The notes below the pieces were generated by a model, which was not told where the DNA came from, made no database searches, and saw nothing but the letters and a program-made list of their open reading frames with translations. The position numbers and the translations under genes were made by a program. A DNA stretch of 35,293 nt, from contig NC_068983.1 in assembly GCF_001194135.2 (NCBI RefSeq), positions 83,275,669 through 83,310,961 on the forward strand, given 5' to 3'. This DNA is from Octopus bimaculoides. Its lineage: Eukaryota. Positions 12,583 to 23,629 of this stretch are shown piece after piece. Numbering within the stretch: the stretch's first letter is position 1; each line of letters starts with the position of its first letter.

Positions 12583-13479
12583 NNNNNNNNNNNNNNNNNN
12601 NNNNNNNNNNNNNNNNNNNNNNNNNNNNNNNNNNNNNNNNNNNNNNNNNNNNNNNNNNNNNNNNNNNNNNNNNNNNNNNNNNNNNNNNNNNNNNNNNNNN
12701 NNNNNNNNNNNNNNNNNNNNNNNNNNNNNNNNNNNNNNNNNNNNNNNNNNNNNNNNNNNNNNNNNNNNNNNNNNNNNNNNNNNNNNNNNNNNNNNNNNNN
12801 NNNNNNNNNNNNNNNNNNNNNNNNNNNNNNNNNNNNNNNNNNNNNNNNNNNNNNNNNNNNNNNNNNNNNNNNNNNNNNNNNNNNNNNNNNNNNNNNNNNN
12901 NNNNNNNNNNNNNNNNNNNNNNNNNNNNNNNNNNNNNNNNNNNNNNNNNNNNNNNNNNNNNNNNNNNNNNNNNNNNNNNNNNNNNNNNNNNNNNNNNNNN
13001 NNNNNATAATCGATTATTACTTTTTAAGATAGGAATATCCCATTCAAAGTGGGGAGTGGCGATTTTGTTGCCTTTCCCATGCGTGAAATTTTACGAAAAA
13101 CCAGCACAATAAAGATTATTTTTTTCCAAGTAATGTGGCTGGGGTTCTTTTTCGAAAATTTTAATCAGAGGCACAGAAAAAAAATTAATTTCAATTTTTT
13201 GTGCATTAAAAAAAAAAGCTATAGCTTACGCTCTTTCTAATTACTATGTTTTTTTTAACTTCAGTTACAAATGTCTTCAAACGTCGACATTCAAACAGCT
13301 TTTCCATATTGAGACAAACGGACTCTGCACAATTGTATCTATCCGGGAACGCATTTTCAATAATTGAAATTCACAATTCTAACCAGTGTACATGAACGTT
13401 CAACCTATGATTGATCTTGAACAGTTTCGATTAACATTCTTGTGTCGCCAATACAACAACCGCACTACCATGTATTTTT

Positions 13480-13736
13480 CTTTTAAGGTGAGGTTATACC
13501 ACTAATAAGGTCCGTGACTACATGGGGCTATGGATACACACGTGAAGTTAGTTTTACAATATCGACCCGCAAAATCCTTAGCATCGTATTGTTTTTGAGT
13601 TGTTCTTACTTTTTTTGTTTTTGGAATTTTTGTTTTTTTTCATTTTTAGTTCTTTTTATTATTCAAAATATACATAGGAAATAGCCTTTCACCAAATCCA
13701 CCACACTGCCCGAGTGAAACCGGGAAAAACAGCTAG
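13480..13736 (+). mobile_element. Probable non-autonomous Helitron 3' end
   Basis: Imperfect hairpin CCCG-AGTGAAAC-CGGG (13709-13724), 8 nt, then CTAG (13733-13736) followed by T. The 5' boundary is a guess. Confidence 0.5.
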
Positions 13737-13780
13737 TATACAATATATGTTGATAGGATGGGGAGCGAACACCTACAATT

Positions 13781-13864
13781 CTCTAGCAGACAACAGAATC
13801 GCAAGACTGACTCAGTTTCGAGCTGGTTTGCTCATCCTCAGTCACGTACACCTGGCCACCAGAG
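13781..13864 (-). ncRNA. Type I hammerhead ribozyme, probably in a Penelope-like element LTR remnant
   Basis: Minus strand reads CGUGA-CUGAGGA-U-GAGC-AAACCA-GCUC-GAAA-CUGAGUCAG-UC-UUGCG. Core CUGANGA at 13835-13841, 4-bp stem II, GAAA at 13816-13819, palindromic stem III ACUGA-G-UCAGU, GUC triplet (cleavage predicted between 13805 and 13804). Stem I arms 13842-13864 and 13781-13804 pair at 19 of 23 positions (13 WC, 6 GU) by manual alignment. Confidence 0.85.
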
Positions 13865-14057
13865 CGATAACCAGGGTCTGCTCCAGCCAGCAACATATTG
13901 CAAACATCGGTCATTGATTTGCAACAAGAAAAATAGCTAGTTGTAAAATATTAAGAAGGTATCAGAGTAGTAACCTTAGTAACAAATAGAGTCAATCGTC
14001 ACATCAAAGTGGCTTTTGGATGTTACTGCTAGTTTAACCCCAAGCAGATCTTCGCAA

Positions 14058-14095
<38 letters not shown>

Positions 14096-14331
14096 NNNNN
14101 NNNNNNNNNNNNNNNNNNNNNNNNNNNNNNNNNNNNNNNNNNNNNNNNNNNNNNNNNNNNNNNNNNNNNNNNNNNNNNNNNNNNNNNNNNNNNNNNNNNN
14201 NNNNNNNNNNNNNNNNNNNNNNNNNNNNNNNNNNNNNNNNNNNNNNNNNNNNNNNNNNNNNNNNNNNNNNNNNNNNNNNNNNNNNNNNNNNNNNNNNNNN
14301 NNNNNNNNNNNNNNNNNNNNTATATATATAT

Positions 14332-14394
<63 letters not shown>

Positions 14395-15258
14395 TTGTAT
14401 AAATGATTGTGAGTAAGGCCAAAACAATGCGAAGTAAATACAGGGTAAATCACAAGAAAACAAAATATGTGAATTAATGTAGATTTACCTTTTATTCGGT
14501 ATTTCGGGGTTATGACACAAGTTTCAATTTTTTGAAAATGGGGTCATATATTCTTCTTTCAACGAACGTGAAAGGTAAATTTCTTACGAAAGCATGAAAT
14601 TATGCCTAACTTCTTAGTCATGATTAACACAAGCGAAACCGGTCGACTATGTAAATATTTGCTTTCATGAAAATATAAATATATATATAAATTGTCTAAC
14701 GTAATATTTCTGTGCGTATTCCTTCTTTTTCTTTTTCTTTTTTTACTAGAATTCACCACATGGGAAGAAAAATCTTTATCGAATCTTTCCACTATATACA
14801 TATATATGTATAGTAGTAGTTGCAAGAAAGCTTTGTTCTACATAGACCTTTTGGATGTAACATGGTCGGATAGCTGACACCTTCACATTGCAATCAATAA
14901 CCCCCAGGTTCGATCGCATTGCGAGCTTCTTTCAGATTTGACATTTATCATAACATTGGCTGAATCCAGTATTTTGAAAGACAAAATTCGGTAGATAGAA
15001 TCAGTTGTCCCAAATCCATCAGACACAATTTAACTAAAAGCTGTGTCATACTGAATTTGTTTTTAAGGCATAAGTTTCTAAGGACTACGTAGCCACATAC
15101 ATTCTAAACTGAGCTGCTTGATCATTTCATGCGCTGACCAAGTGCCTGAAGTGCACGACGAAATTCTTATCGTCGAAATCGAGATCCATTGACTTTGATG
15201 TAACTGTTGTGCAGTATCGACATCAGCCCTTTTCTTGCGAACCTATGATGAAATGCGT

Positions 15259-15490
15259 TCCATCCTTTCGGGGGTCGATAAAATAAGTACCAGTTACGCA
15301 CAGGGGTTGATTTAATCGACTTGCCCCTTCCGACGAAATAGCTGGCCTTGTACTTTAATTTGAAACCATTATTAGCAGTATCATTAGAGCATCGGAAAAG
15401 ATGCCGTGCATTATTTCTTCTGGTTGTTTACTTTGCGGAGTTCAAATCCCACCGAAATCAACTTTTCATCCCTTCGGAGTCGGTAGATTT
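15259..15490 (+). mobile_element. Two partial, older SINE family 1 pieces (3' half 15259-15373; middle part about 15395-15490)
   Basis: CATCCTTTCGGGGGTCGATAAAATAAGTACCAGTTACGCAC matches 5600-5640. GGAGTTCAAATCCCACCGAAATCAACTTTTCATCCCTTCGG is a diverged match to 5566-5612. Confidence 0.75.
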
Positions 15491-15582
15491 ACAATAGTTT
15501 TTGAAAACCTTTTCATCCGCAAATTTACAATTCCACATCGGTACAGCGTTAAACTCAGACCACAACACGTCTCACCTTGGAA

Positions 15583-15971
15583 GAGTGGCTGTGTGGTAAG
15601 TAGCTTGCTTACCAACCACATTGTTCCGGGTTCAGTCCTACTGCGTGGCACCATGGGCAAGTGTCTTCTACTATAGCCTCGGGCCGACCAAAGCCTTGTG
15701 AGTGGATTTGGTAAACGGAAACTGAAAGAAGCCCGTCGTATATATGTATATATATGTATATATGTGTGTATGTTTGTGTGTCTGCGTTTGTCCCCCCACC
15801 ATCGCTTGACAACCGATGCTGGTGTGTTTACGTCCCCGTAAGCTAGCGGTTCGGCAAAAAGTGACCGATAGAACAAGTACTAGGCTTACAATGAATAAGT
15901 CCTGGGGTCGATTTTATCGACTATAGGCGGTGCTCCAGCATGGCCGCAGTCAAGTAAAAGAGTAAAAGAGA
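15583..15971 (+). mobile_element. SINE family 2, full length
   Basis: A-box-like TGGCTGTGTGG, B-box-like GGTTCAGTCC, internal (TA/TG)n, tail GGCGGTGCTCCAGCATGGCCGCAGTCAAGTAAAAGA. Homologous to two minus-strand copies in the window. Confidence 0.88.
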
Positions 15972-16238
15972 GTAACAGATGCAGGGTCACGAAATACACG
16001 GTAAACACACATACATATACAAGGCAATAGAGATACATATATCACTATAGAGATAAAACTTCTGAAGTTGAATTCCTTCTGAGATGAGCATTTACATTTT
16101 CAGTCTCAAAAATATTTTTAAAGAAGGAAATCACAAGAATTTTTTAAAATATATTTGTGGATGAAACTGTAGAACAATAAGAGAGCAATTTTCCCCCAGT
16201 CGACACAATATGCAGTAAAAATTCACAAGCAGATAGAA

Positions 16239-16287
16239 TACTACATATAGTATACTACATATAGTATACTACATATAGTATACTACA
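16239..16287. repeat. 14-bp tandem repeat TACTACATATAGTA x3.5
   Basis: Direct reading. Confidence 0.85.
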
Positions 16288-17664
16288 AAAACCGAATGAA
16301 ACCAAGTTATAGGATAAATAAACATTTTTTCAGTTCATGAAATAGAGCAAACAAACTTGCATTACACCTAAACACAACAAACACACTGAAAGTATATATT
16401 ACGAAAACACCGGGATTTTAAGTCTTTTCTATCAACATATAACCGCAAATCTATGAATCACAGAATATACGTCAGACAACCAACGCAACATAAAGATTTC
16501 AAAGTAGACATGAAAGCTGCAAACCTCCTGACTCAAACTGAGGTGTCGGGAATACATGAACGACACATTCTTGTCGACAGTTGAGAATGCATTTACAAGA
16601 AAACATTGTGGCACATCGTGCACGGCGTTAAACAACTCGGTAGAAACAAAATTGATCAATTCAACAAGCATTTGCAGGTGCATCACTTAGGTACATCATC
16701 AATTTAATATCCTGGGATCATTAGATGCTTCGGGTCTTACAAAATGCACGTTGTTCCAGGCGACCCGGCCTATGTCATCAAATCTAAACATTTGTCCAAG
16801 AGGCCTCTGCTGTCCCTACGGTTCATCTATAATCAGAGCCAAGATTCTTTCTCAGCAGCCTAAGGTTTTCTTGATGGCTTTTCTCCTCATTCCTGCAATG
16901 TCCAGGGTTACATAGGCCTTACGTACGGTACGACCTTCGTACTAAGGGGCTACCAAACTACATTGGCAATAACCATGGAACATTTAGTAGTCTCAAATAG
17001 AAACTAGAATCAATATAATGATACAGTCCGCGTGAAATAATATTTGTAAATAATCAAGAGCCAAATAATAAAACTTGAAAAGTTTTAATCTGGGCGATGA
17101 CGATTTTATCAGTCTTGACAGCATTGTCATGATCACTTACCATCTACTACAAAACGCAGCAACAACACCACGTTAGCATTTTTTTCATCCGCAAAGGCAT
17201 ACAGGTCGATAGGATCTAGAAACGCTACGAGACTGCGGAATTTTTATTTTACTTCAAACTAAACAGACCTAATAAAGAAATATGGAAAATATTTTATTGA
17301 AACGGATTGATCTCTTACACGGTTGAATTTAATATAACAAATCGGAAGATGAAGCTATTTCCCATACATACATGCTTGCATGCATACATACATACATACA
17401 TACATACATACATACATAGTGGTTGTGTAGCTTTTATGCAGTCTGATCACCTCTTGTAACTACATCTTAGATCCATCATAGGCATCTGATGTAGCTTCTT
17501 AAACCAGACATACATACATACCTATATATATACATAAATGCATACATGCACACATATATACATACACGCATACATGCATGTATGCATATTTACATACATA
17601 TATATATATGCTTGTATATGTCTATGTGTGTATATATATATATATATATAAGCATACACACACG

Positions 17665-17710
17665 TTCTTTAGTTCTTTTACTGGTTTAAGTCAAGCTGGA
17701 GCACTGCCTT
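17665..17710 (-). mobile_element. Short SINE family 2 tail fragment
   Basis: TTCTTTTACTGGTTTAAGTCAAGCTGGAGCACTGCCTT resembles 24889-24950 with a deletion. Confidence 0.5.
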
Positions 17711-18584
17711 CAACTGCATACATACGTGTGTGTGCACATATGTGTTTGTGCGCGCGCACGTGTGTGTTGTGTGATGAAAGAGTGAAAAAAGAGGAGCATG
17801 GACTGGGTACGCGGTGAAAGTGGACGACAAACGGCGAGATGGCTACCGAGTGGAGATGGTGGCAGCGGCGTTGGAGGGTGAACCTATAAATGAATATTGG
17901 AAGGGGACNNNNNNNNNNNNNNNNNNNNNGGGGGGTAGGAAAGTGAGGTCGCTGACGCACTAGATGAAAGGGACAGCGGCCATGAGGAGAGGTTTAGAAT
18001 GGATTCGGTGGGGGTGGAGAACGGTATCACGGAATTACTAAAGGAAGGGAGTCAGGGTGGAAAAAAATAGAAGAAAAAAGATATAGCATAAAAAAAATAG
18101 GAAAAAGCAGGGGGTTTCGTGAAGGTGCTGAATGGCGGGGCGTATTAAAAAAATATGTATAATGGGGTAATTATAAAGTGAAATGGGGAAAGTAGGAGTA
18201 TAGGGACGGGGTAGCGTAAAGGGGAAGAAGAATAAGTGGGATGGGAGCGAGGGATGGACCAAAAACAGAGAGAGGGTGCGGAGAAAACTGCAGCAGAACG
18301 AGGGTTGATTGACAGTTTGCGTTGATACCCCTCTCTTTCTCTTCTCCTTCTTTCTCTCCACTTCCTCTCTCTCTCTCTATCTCTCTCTTTCTCCTTGGTT
18401 TTCTTTCATGCTTTCTCTCTTTCTTACATTTCTGTTTACATATATAGGGTGAGTACATGTTTGATAGTTGTATGTGTGTGTGGGGTGGATGTACACGTTT
18501 GGTACGCAGTGGTATAGCGTTATTTTGAATCATGATCATGCTGTTGTTAATGTCAGTTCTCTTGCTGAATTTTAAGTTGTTTAA

Positions 18585-19460
18585 GGGGTGGTAGGGAAGT
18601 GCAGGGATGGTGATGGTCATGGTGGTCGTGGTCGTGGCTGTGGTGACGGTGGTAGTGGTAGTAATGGTGGTAGTGGTAGTAATGGTGGTGGCGGTGTTAG
18701 TGGCGGGGGTAATGGTGGTGGTGGTGGTGGTGGTGTTCGAGATGGTAGTGGTAGCGGCGGTAGTGGCGGTAGTGGTAATGATTGCGAGTTTCGGTGGTTG
18801 TGGCAGTTGTGGTGGTGGTAGTGACGGTCGTAGTGTTAGTGGCAGTAGTGGTGGTAGTAGTGTTCTTGTTGAAGATGGTGATGGTGGTGATGGTGGTGGT
18901 AGTGGTGATCCTATTGGTGGTGGGGTGGCTGCGGTGGTGATTATCGTAGTGGTTATAATGATGGTGGTGGTGGGAGGGTGACTAGTGGGTGGTAGAAGAG
19001 TGATGGGTGTTGATGGAGTGGTGACGGTGGTGAGGGAGAAGTGCTTTAGTGGTGGTGTGGTGGTAATGTTGGGGTTAGTGGCAGCAATGGTGGAGGTGAT
19101 AACTGTAGATGATGGAAACATAATGCTAAGGGGTGTGGCGATGGAGGTAGTGGAAAGTAGTAACAGCGGAGATGGCGGCGACAGTGGTGGTGGTGGTGGT
19201 GGTAGTACTTATTTGTATTGGTAGATGTTGTGGTGGTTATAGTAGAGATGAGATGTTCGTTGCAATAGTTAGTGGTGGTGGTGATGGTGATGGTGATGGC
19301 AATGGATGTGGCGGCTGTGGTGGTGGTGGTGGTGGTGGTCGTCGTCGTCATCGTCGTCGTCGTGGTGATTGTGGTCGTGGTGGTCGTGGTGACAGTACTG
19401 ATGATGGTAGTGGTGGAATTATGGTAAGGACGGGGAGTGATGATAAGCAATCGTGGTAGA
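18585..19460. repeat. Degenerate (GGT/AGT/GAT)n trinucleotide low-complexity block
   Basis: Direct reading; produces spurious Thr-, Val- and Gly-rich ORFs. Confidence 0.9.
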
Positions 19461-19652
19461 GACATGTTGGTGATAGTTTTTATCATATTGAGCCCCTGCA
19501 TAGCAGATCATCCTCGTCTATCAGCGATATAATTACGAGTACTTCTGTGCACCACGAATCATTTTGAGAGATCCTCTCAACTTAAATAACGCAGTATTCT
19601 GTTCAAACACAGCCTTCGCTTTAAGCTAGAGATCAAGATTACCTTTTAGTAA

Positions 19653-19874
19653 TAATATTATTTCTGTCACAATTATCTATTTATTTAACTATAATTAATT
19701 TTGTGAGGAAGAGAAGCTGAAAAAAGTGTCGTTCTTGTGATTCCAAGTGTTTAGTATACATTATGATTTTATTTGGAATCTCATACTTGGAATGATAAGA
19801 ACGACACCATTTTCATACTCTCTTCCTCGCAAAATTGCATAACTAAATAAATAATTGTGACAGAAGCAATATTA
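19653..19874. mobile_element. Palindromic MITE or foldback element with about 90-95 bp arms
   Basis: 19653-19748 (TAATATTATTTCTGTCACAATTAT...GTGTCGTTCTTGTGATTCCAAGT) is the imperfect reverse complement of 19785-19874, with a 36-bp spacer. Confidence 0.8.
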
Positions 19875-21139
19875 GTATGTGATATGATTTTATTTGGGAT
19901 CTTCTAGTTAGTTTAGAGCTGGAACGTAATCAGCGTGATTTGAACACTCGACAGAGAAACGCATATTCATGAGTAAATATAATTTAAGGATAGATCCACT
20001 ACACGTAGTCACTCGATTTACGAGAAAGAGCATCCAAATCACTCTCAAATTACATTGTCTTCATTAAAATGTAATGGATACATTAGCCGATGTAGGTTAA
20101 GATAAATGATGTCTGAAAAGATAGGAAGATCATGTTTTAAAATTCTTTGACCAAAGTTCTACTCAATCAGAGCTGATCTGGGAACTAAATAACAAAAACA
20201 ACTGGATATATATGTTATAAACATTTTATCTGTCTTTCTATCATTTTCACTGCAATAACTGGACACTTCGTAAAAACTAATTATCATTGCAAATATAGGC
20301 AAAAGGCCAGGAATGCAAAATGCGTCTGGTTAATCTGGGACTCATTCTCAGGAGGGCCGGATTTAGATCTAATGGGGTTCCTGGACCAACAAGCTTTTCG
20401 GAGCCTTACGATTTTGCTAATACAAAATATAACATAATAAAAAGTGGTCTGTTAAATCTAGGGGCCTAAAACAGTTTGAAAAAGTCCCAAAATTTAAAAT
20501 TATTTCAGTAGATTCAGAGGGATTTGTTAATTTTTTTTTTAATCTTTTTAAATCTAAAAGGGTCCAATAAATGAAAAGAGGGCTCAAGAATTTTTAAAAA
20601 ACTCTATTGGATTTTAAAAAATTAAACGAAAATATATACTAATTTAATTGCTGTAAATATAATTTTTTAAATTTTTGACACCAAACTTTAGGCTTCTCTG
20701 AATAAAAGGTTTTCCTCTAACCCACCTCCACGAAGCCTGGTGTCTTCTGGGTCATGGACCAGATACATATATAACGCATAAATCAAGATTTGATCATTAG
20801 TGATGCGAACTAGGGTCATTCAGCGTTTCGGGCCTTTCAACATCAGACACTCTCCTCAGCATGATTTCATGAAATTGATCAGGTATCGACTTATGTCCTA
20901 GAAGCAACACACTGCACACGGATGAGCTCTTTTGATTCAAAACACCAGGTGGCTTACTCTGCTGCTTTGCTCACAAATTCAATGGCTCCTTATCTTTTAG
21001 TCTCTCTTCCAAAGCTTAGTAGGTTGAAAATTTTATAGCGAGTGCACACGGCAAAGCCTATAAAGTCGTTCTTAATGGACAGAGTAAGTAAAATCTATTA
21101 TTATTACTGGTGCCTAGCTATTTAAGCAATGTGTTCGTG

Positions 21140-21220
21140 GAAGATTAAGGGGTTAAATGGGTGCTGATGAAGAGGCAAAAACTCCCGAAATATGGTATAT
21201 ACGCCCATTACTCTTTCTTC
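21140..21220 (+). ncRNA. Type I hammerhead ribozyme with imperfect stem II, Penelope-like LTR remnant
   Basis: AAUGGGUG (21156-21163), CUGAUGA (21164-21170), AGAGGCAAAAACUCCC, GAAA (21187-21190), UAU-GGU-AUAU, A17 (21201), CGCCCAUU (21202-21209). 8-bp stem I extendable to 21140/21220, 4-bp stem III, AUA triplet. Stem II has a mismatch or bulge. Confidence 0.65.
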
Positions 21221-21403
21221 GTCTTCGATTTCATTGTTTGTTTACGTCTGACGTCTCGGATACGAAACGTGGTAACAAAAATCAGCGCTGGCTATAAATA
21301 ATATCTATAGAATATCTGGAGGGATAAACTTAACAAGTGATATTATTGAAGGGATATTATTGAATCATTGAATCATATATATATGTTCCAAATGGATATT
21401 GTA

Positions 21404-21528
<125 letters not shown>

Positions 21529-21943
21529 TGTATGTATGAATATATGCATGTATGTATACATATGTATATGTAGATATGCATGCTTATATATGTATAAGTG
21601 TTATATATATGCATACATACACACACACGCACATTTTTATATATATATATATATATATATAAATATATAAACATGCATTCATATATATATTCATACCTAC
21701 AAAGAAAGAATGAAAGAGAGATGAAAAGTAATGGTTTTGAATTCCAATTATATACATACAAACAGTAATATTCATACAAAAAATTGACACTCTAGATGTA
21801 TGTCTTCTGTTTGGGTGTACCAATATAAATATGTATGTATGTATGTATGTATGTAGCTGGGAATACATGTACATATATGCATATATATATATGTGTACAT
21901 ATATATACATATATATTTGCACATATATATACACGTATATATA

Positions 21944-21991
<48 letters not shown>

Positions 21992-22034
21992 TGTGTGTGT
22001 ATATAGGCGTGTGTAAATATATATGTACGTGTGA

Positions 22035-22097
<63 letters not shown>

Positions 22098-22426
22098 CAT
22101 ATATATTCGTGTGTTTGCGTATGTATATGTGTATCTATCTATATATATTTACATATATATAGATAGATCTATCTGTATATATGTAAATAGATCGACATAT
22201 ATATGTAGATCTGTTTACATATAGATAGATATGTGTGTGTGTGTGTACGTGTGCATGCGTATGTGTGTGAGCGACTACACGCGAGTGTGTTTGTGCCAGT
22301 GTAAACCAAACATCTGTTAGGACTTTAAACTTCGTATCAACTTCTATTTGTGTAACATCAAAATATTGTTACTTGGGTTTAGAATGAAAAAAAAAATCGC
22401 GTAACAAAAACTACGTAAATCAACTT

Positions 22427-22629
22427 CAGTGACTTTATATATTTAGTAAACATAATAATGTCGGTTATTAAGTATTGAAAATTAAAGAATTATCCTACCA
22501 TTTCGTCTATTAATCTCTTCGATACAACTATATCGCCATCAATCTCTATTTGTTTACCTACAAATTTATTTGTGCGCCATTAATTAGGGAAATTATAATT
22601 AATGGATTATATAAACTTCGAAGTCACTG
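22427..22629. mobile_element. Possible hAT-type MITE
   Basis: 9-bp TIR CAGTGACTT/AAGTCACTG. Flanking 8-mers ATCAACTT and TTAAACTT match at 6/8, consistent with a decayed 8-bp TSD. Internal 10-bp hairpin arms CCATTAATTA/TAATTAATGG. Confidence 0.45.
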
Positions 22630-22879
22630 TTAAACTTTTTCTTGTAAAAATTAATAAATACAAAGTCTACTAAAAACGTATCGAGTAATCCTTCAGTTTA
22701 ATGTTAAATCATTGTTTGTATATAAAACATGACAAAAAGAAAAATGTCTGTATACACATACACACACACACACAAACACACACACGCATGCACGCACACA
22801 CGCACGTACACACACACACATGCACGCACACACACAAATACTCCCCCCCACACACACACACAGGTATGTGTATATTTAC

Positions 22880-22924
<45 letters not shown>

Positions 22925-22926
<2 letters not shown>

Positions 22927-23075
22927 GTTCAAAATAACAGAAAACAAAAGACGAAGCAAGTGTATTAGTTTAAGTCTCGGAAAGAATGGAAAAGACTTTT
23001 TCATTTCAATCCTACGCTCTTCGACAGAAAAGATTAAGAAGGAAAAATGGTGAAAGAAAATAATGTGTAAAGATT
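22925..23075 (-). mobile_element. Possible Penelope-like LTR remnant with decayed hammerhead core
   Basis: Minus strand CUGUCGA-A-GAGC-GUAG-GAUU-GAAA (23004-23027): hammerhead spacing, but A6, stem II and stem III are damaged. Confidence 0.35.
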
Positions 23076-23548
23076 AACGGTTCAGCAATATATACAAACA
23101 TATGCAAATATNNNNNNNNNNNNNNNNNNNNNNNNNNNNNNNNNNNNNNNNNNNNNNNNNNNNNNNNNNNNNNNNNNNNNNNNNNNNNNNNNNNNNNNNN
23201 NNNNNNNNNNNNNNNNNNNNNNNNNNNNNNNNNNNNNNNNNNNNNNNNNNNNNNNNNNNNNNNNNNNNNNNNNNNNNNNNNNNNNNNNNNNNNNNNNNNN
23301 NNNNNNNNNNNNNNNNNNNNNNNNNNNNNNNNNNNNNNNNNNNNNNNNNNNNNNNNNNNNNNNNNNNNNNNNNNNNNNNNNNNNNNNNNNNNNNNNNNNN
23401 NNNNNNNNNNNNNNNNNNNNNNNNNNNNNNNNNNNNNNNNNNNNNNNNNNNNNNNNNNNNNNNNNNNNNNNNNNNNNNNNNNNNNNNNNNNNNNNNNNNN
23501 NNNNNNNNNNNNNNNNNNNNNNNNNNNNNNNNNNNNNNNNNNNNNNNN

Positions 23549-23620
23549 ATTTGCTCGACTAAAGGCGATGCTCCCGCATGGCCACAGTCAAAAGACTGAA
23601 ACAAGTAAAAGAATAAAAGA
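23549..23620 (+). mobile_element. SINE family 2 3' end (upstream part lost in gap)
   Basis: CGACTAAAGGCGATGCTCCCGCATGGCCACAGTCAAAAGACTGAAACAAGTAAAAGA. Confidence 0.8.
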
Positions 23621-23629
23621 GTATATATA

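Noticed and set aside
16239-16287. CRISPR-like or regulatory array
   Set aside because: Contiguous 14-bp units without spacers in eukaryotic DNA; a simple minisatellite.
16432-16686. 84-aa non-repetitive minus-strand ORF
   Set aside because: No recognisable motif in any frame and no clear splice sites. A BLASTX or RNA-seq check would be needed to revive it.
18171-19501. Long Thr/Pro-, Val- and Gly-rich ORFs (316, 124 and 151 aa) resembling mucins or glycine-rich proteins
   Set aside because: They are open in several frames on both strands because (GGT)n lacks stops; no domain, no splice context.
20348-20470. GGGCCGGATTTAG, resembling a hAT-type terminus
   Set aside because: No convincing matching inverted end or TSD found.
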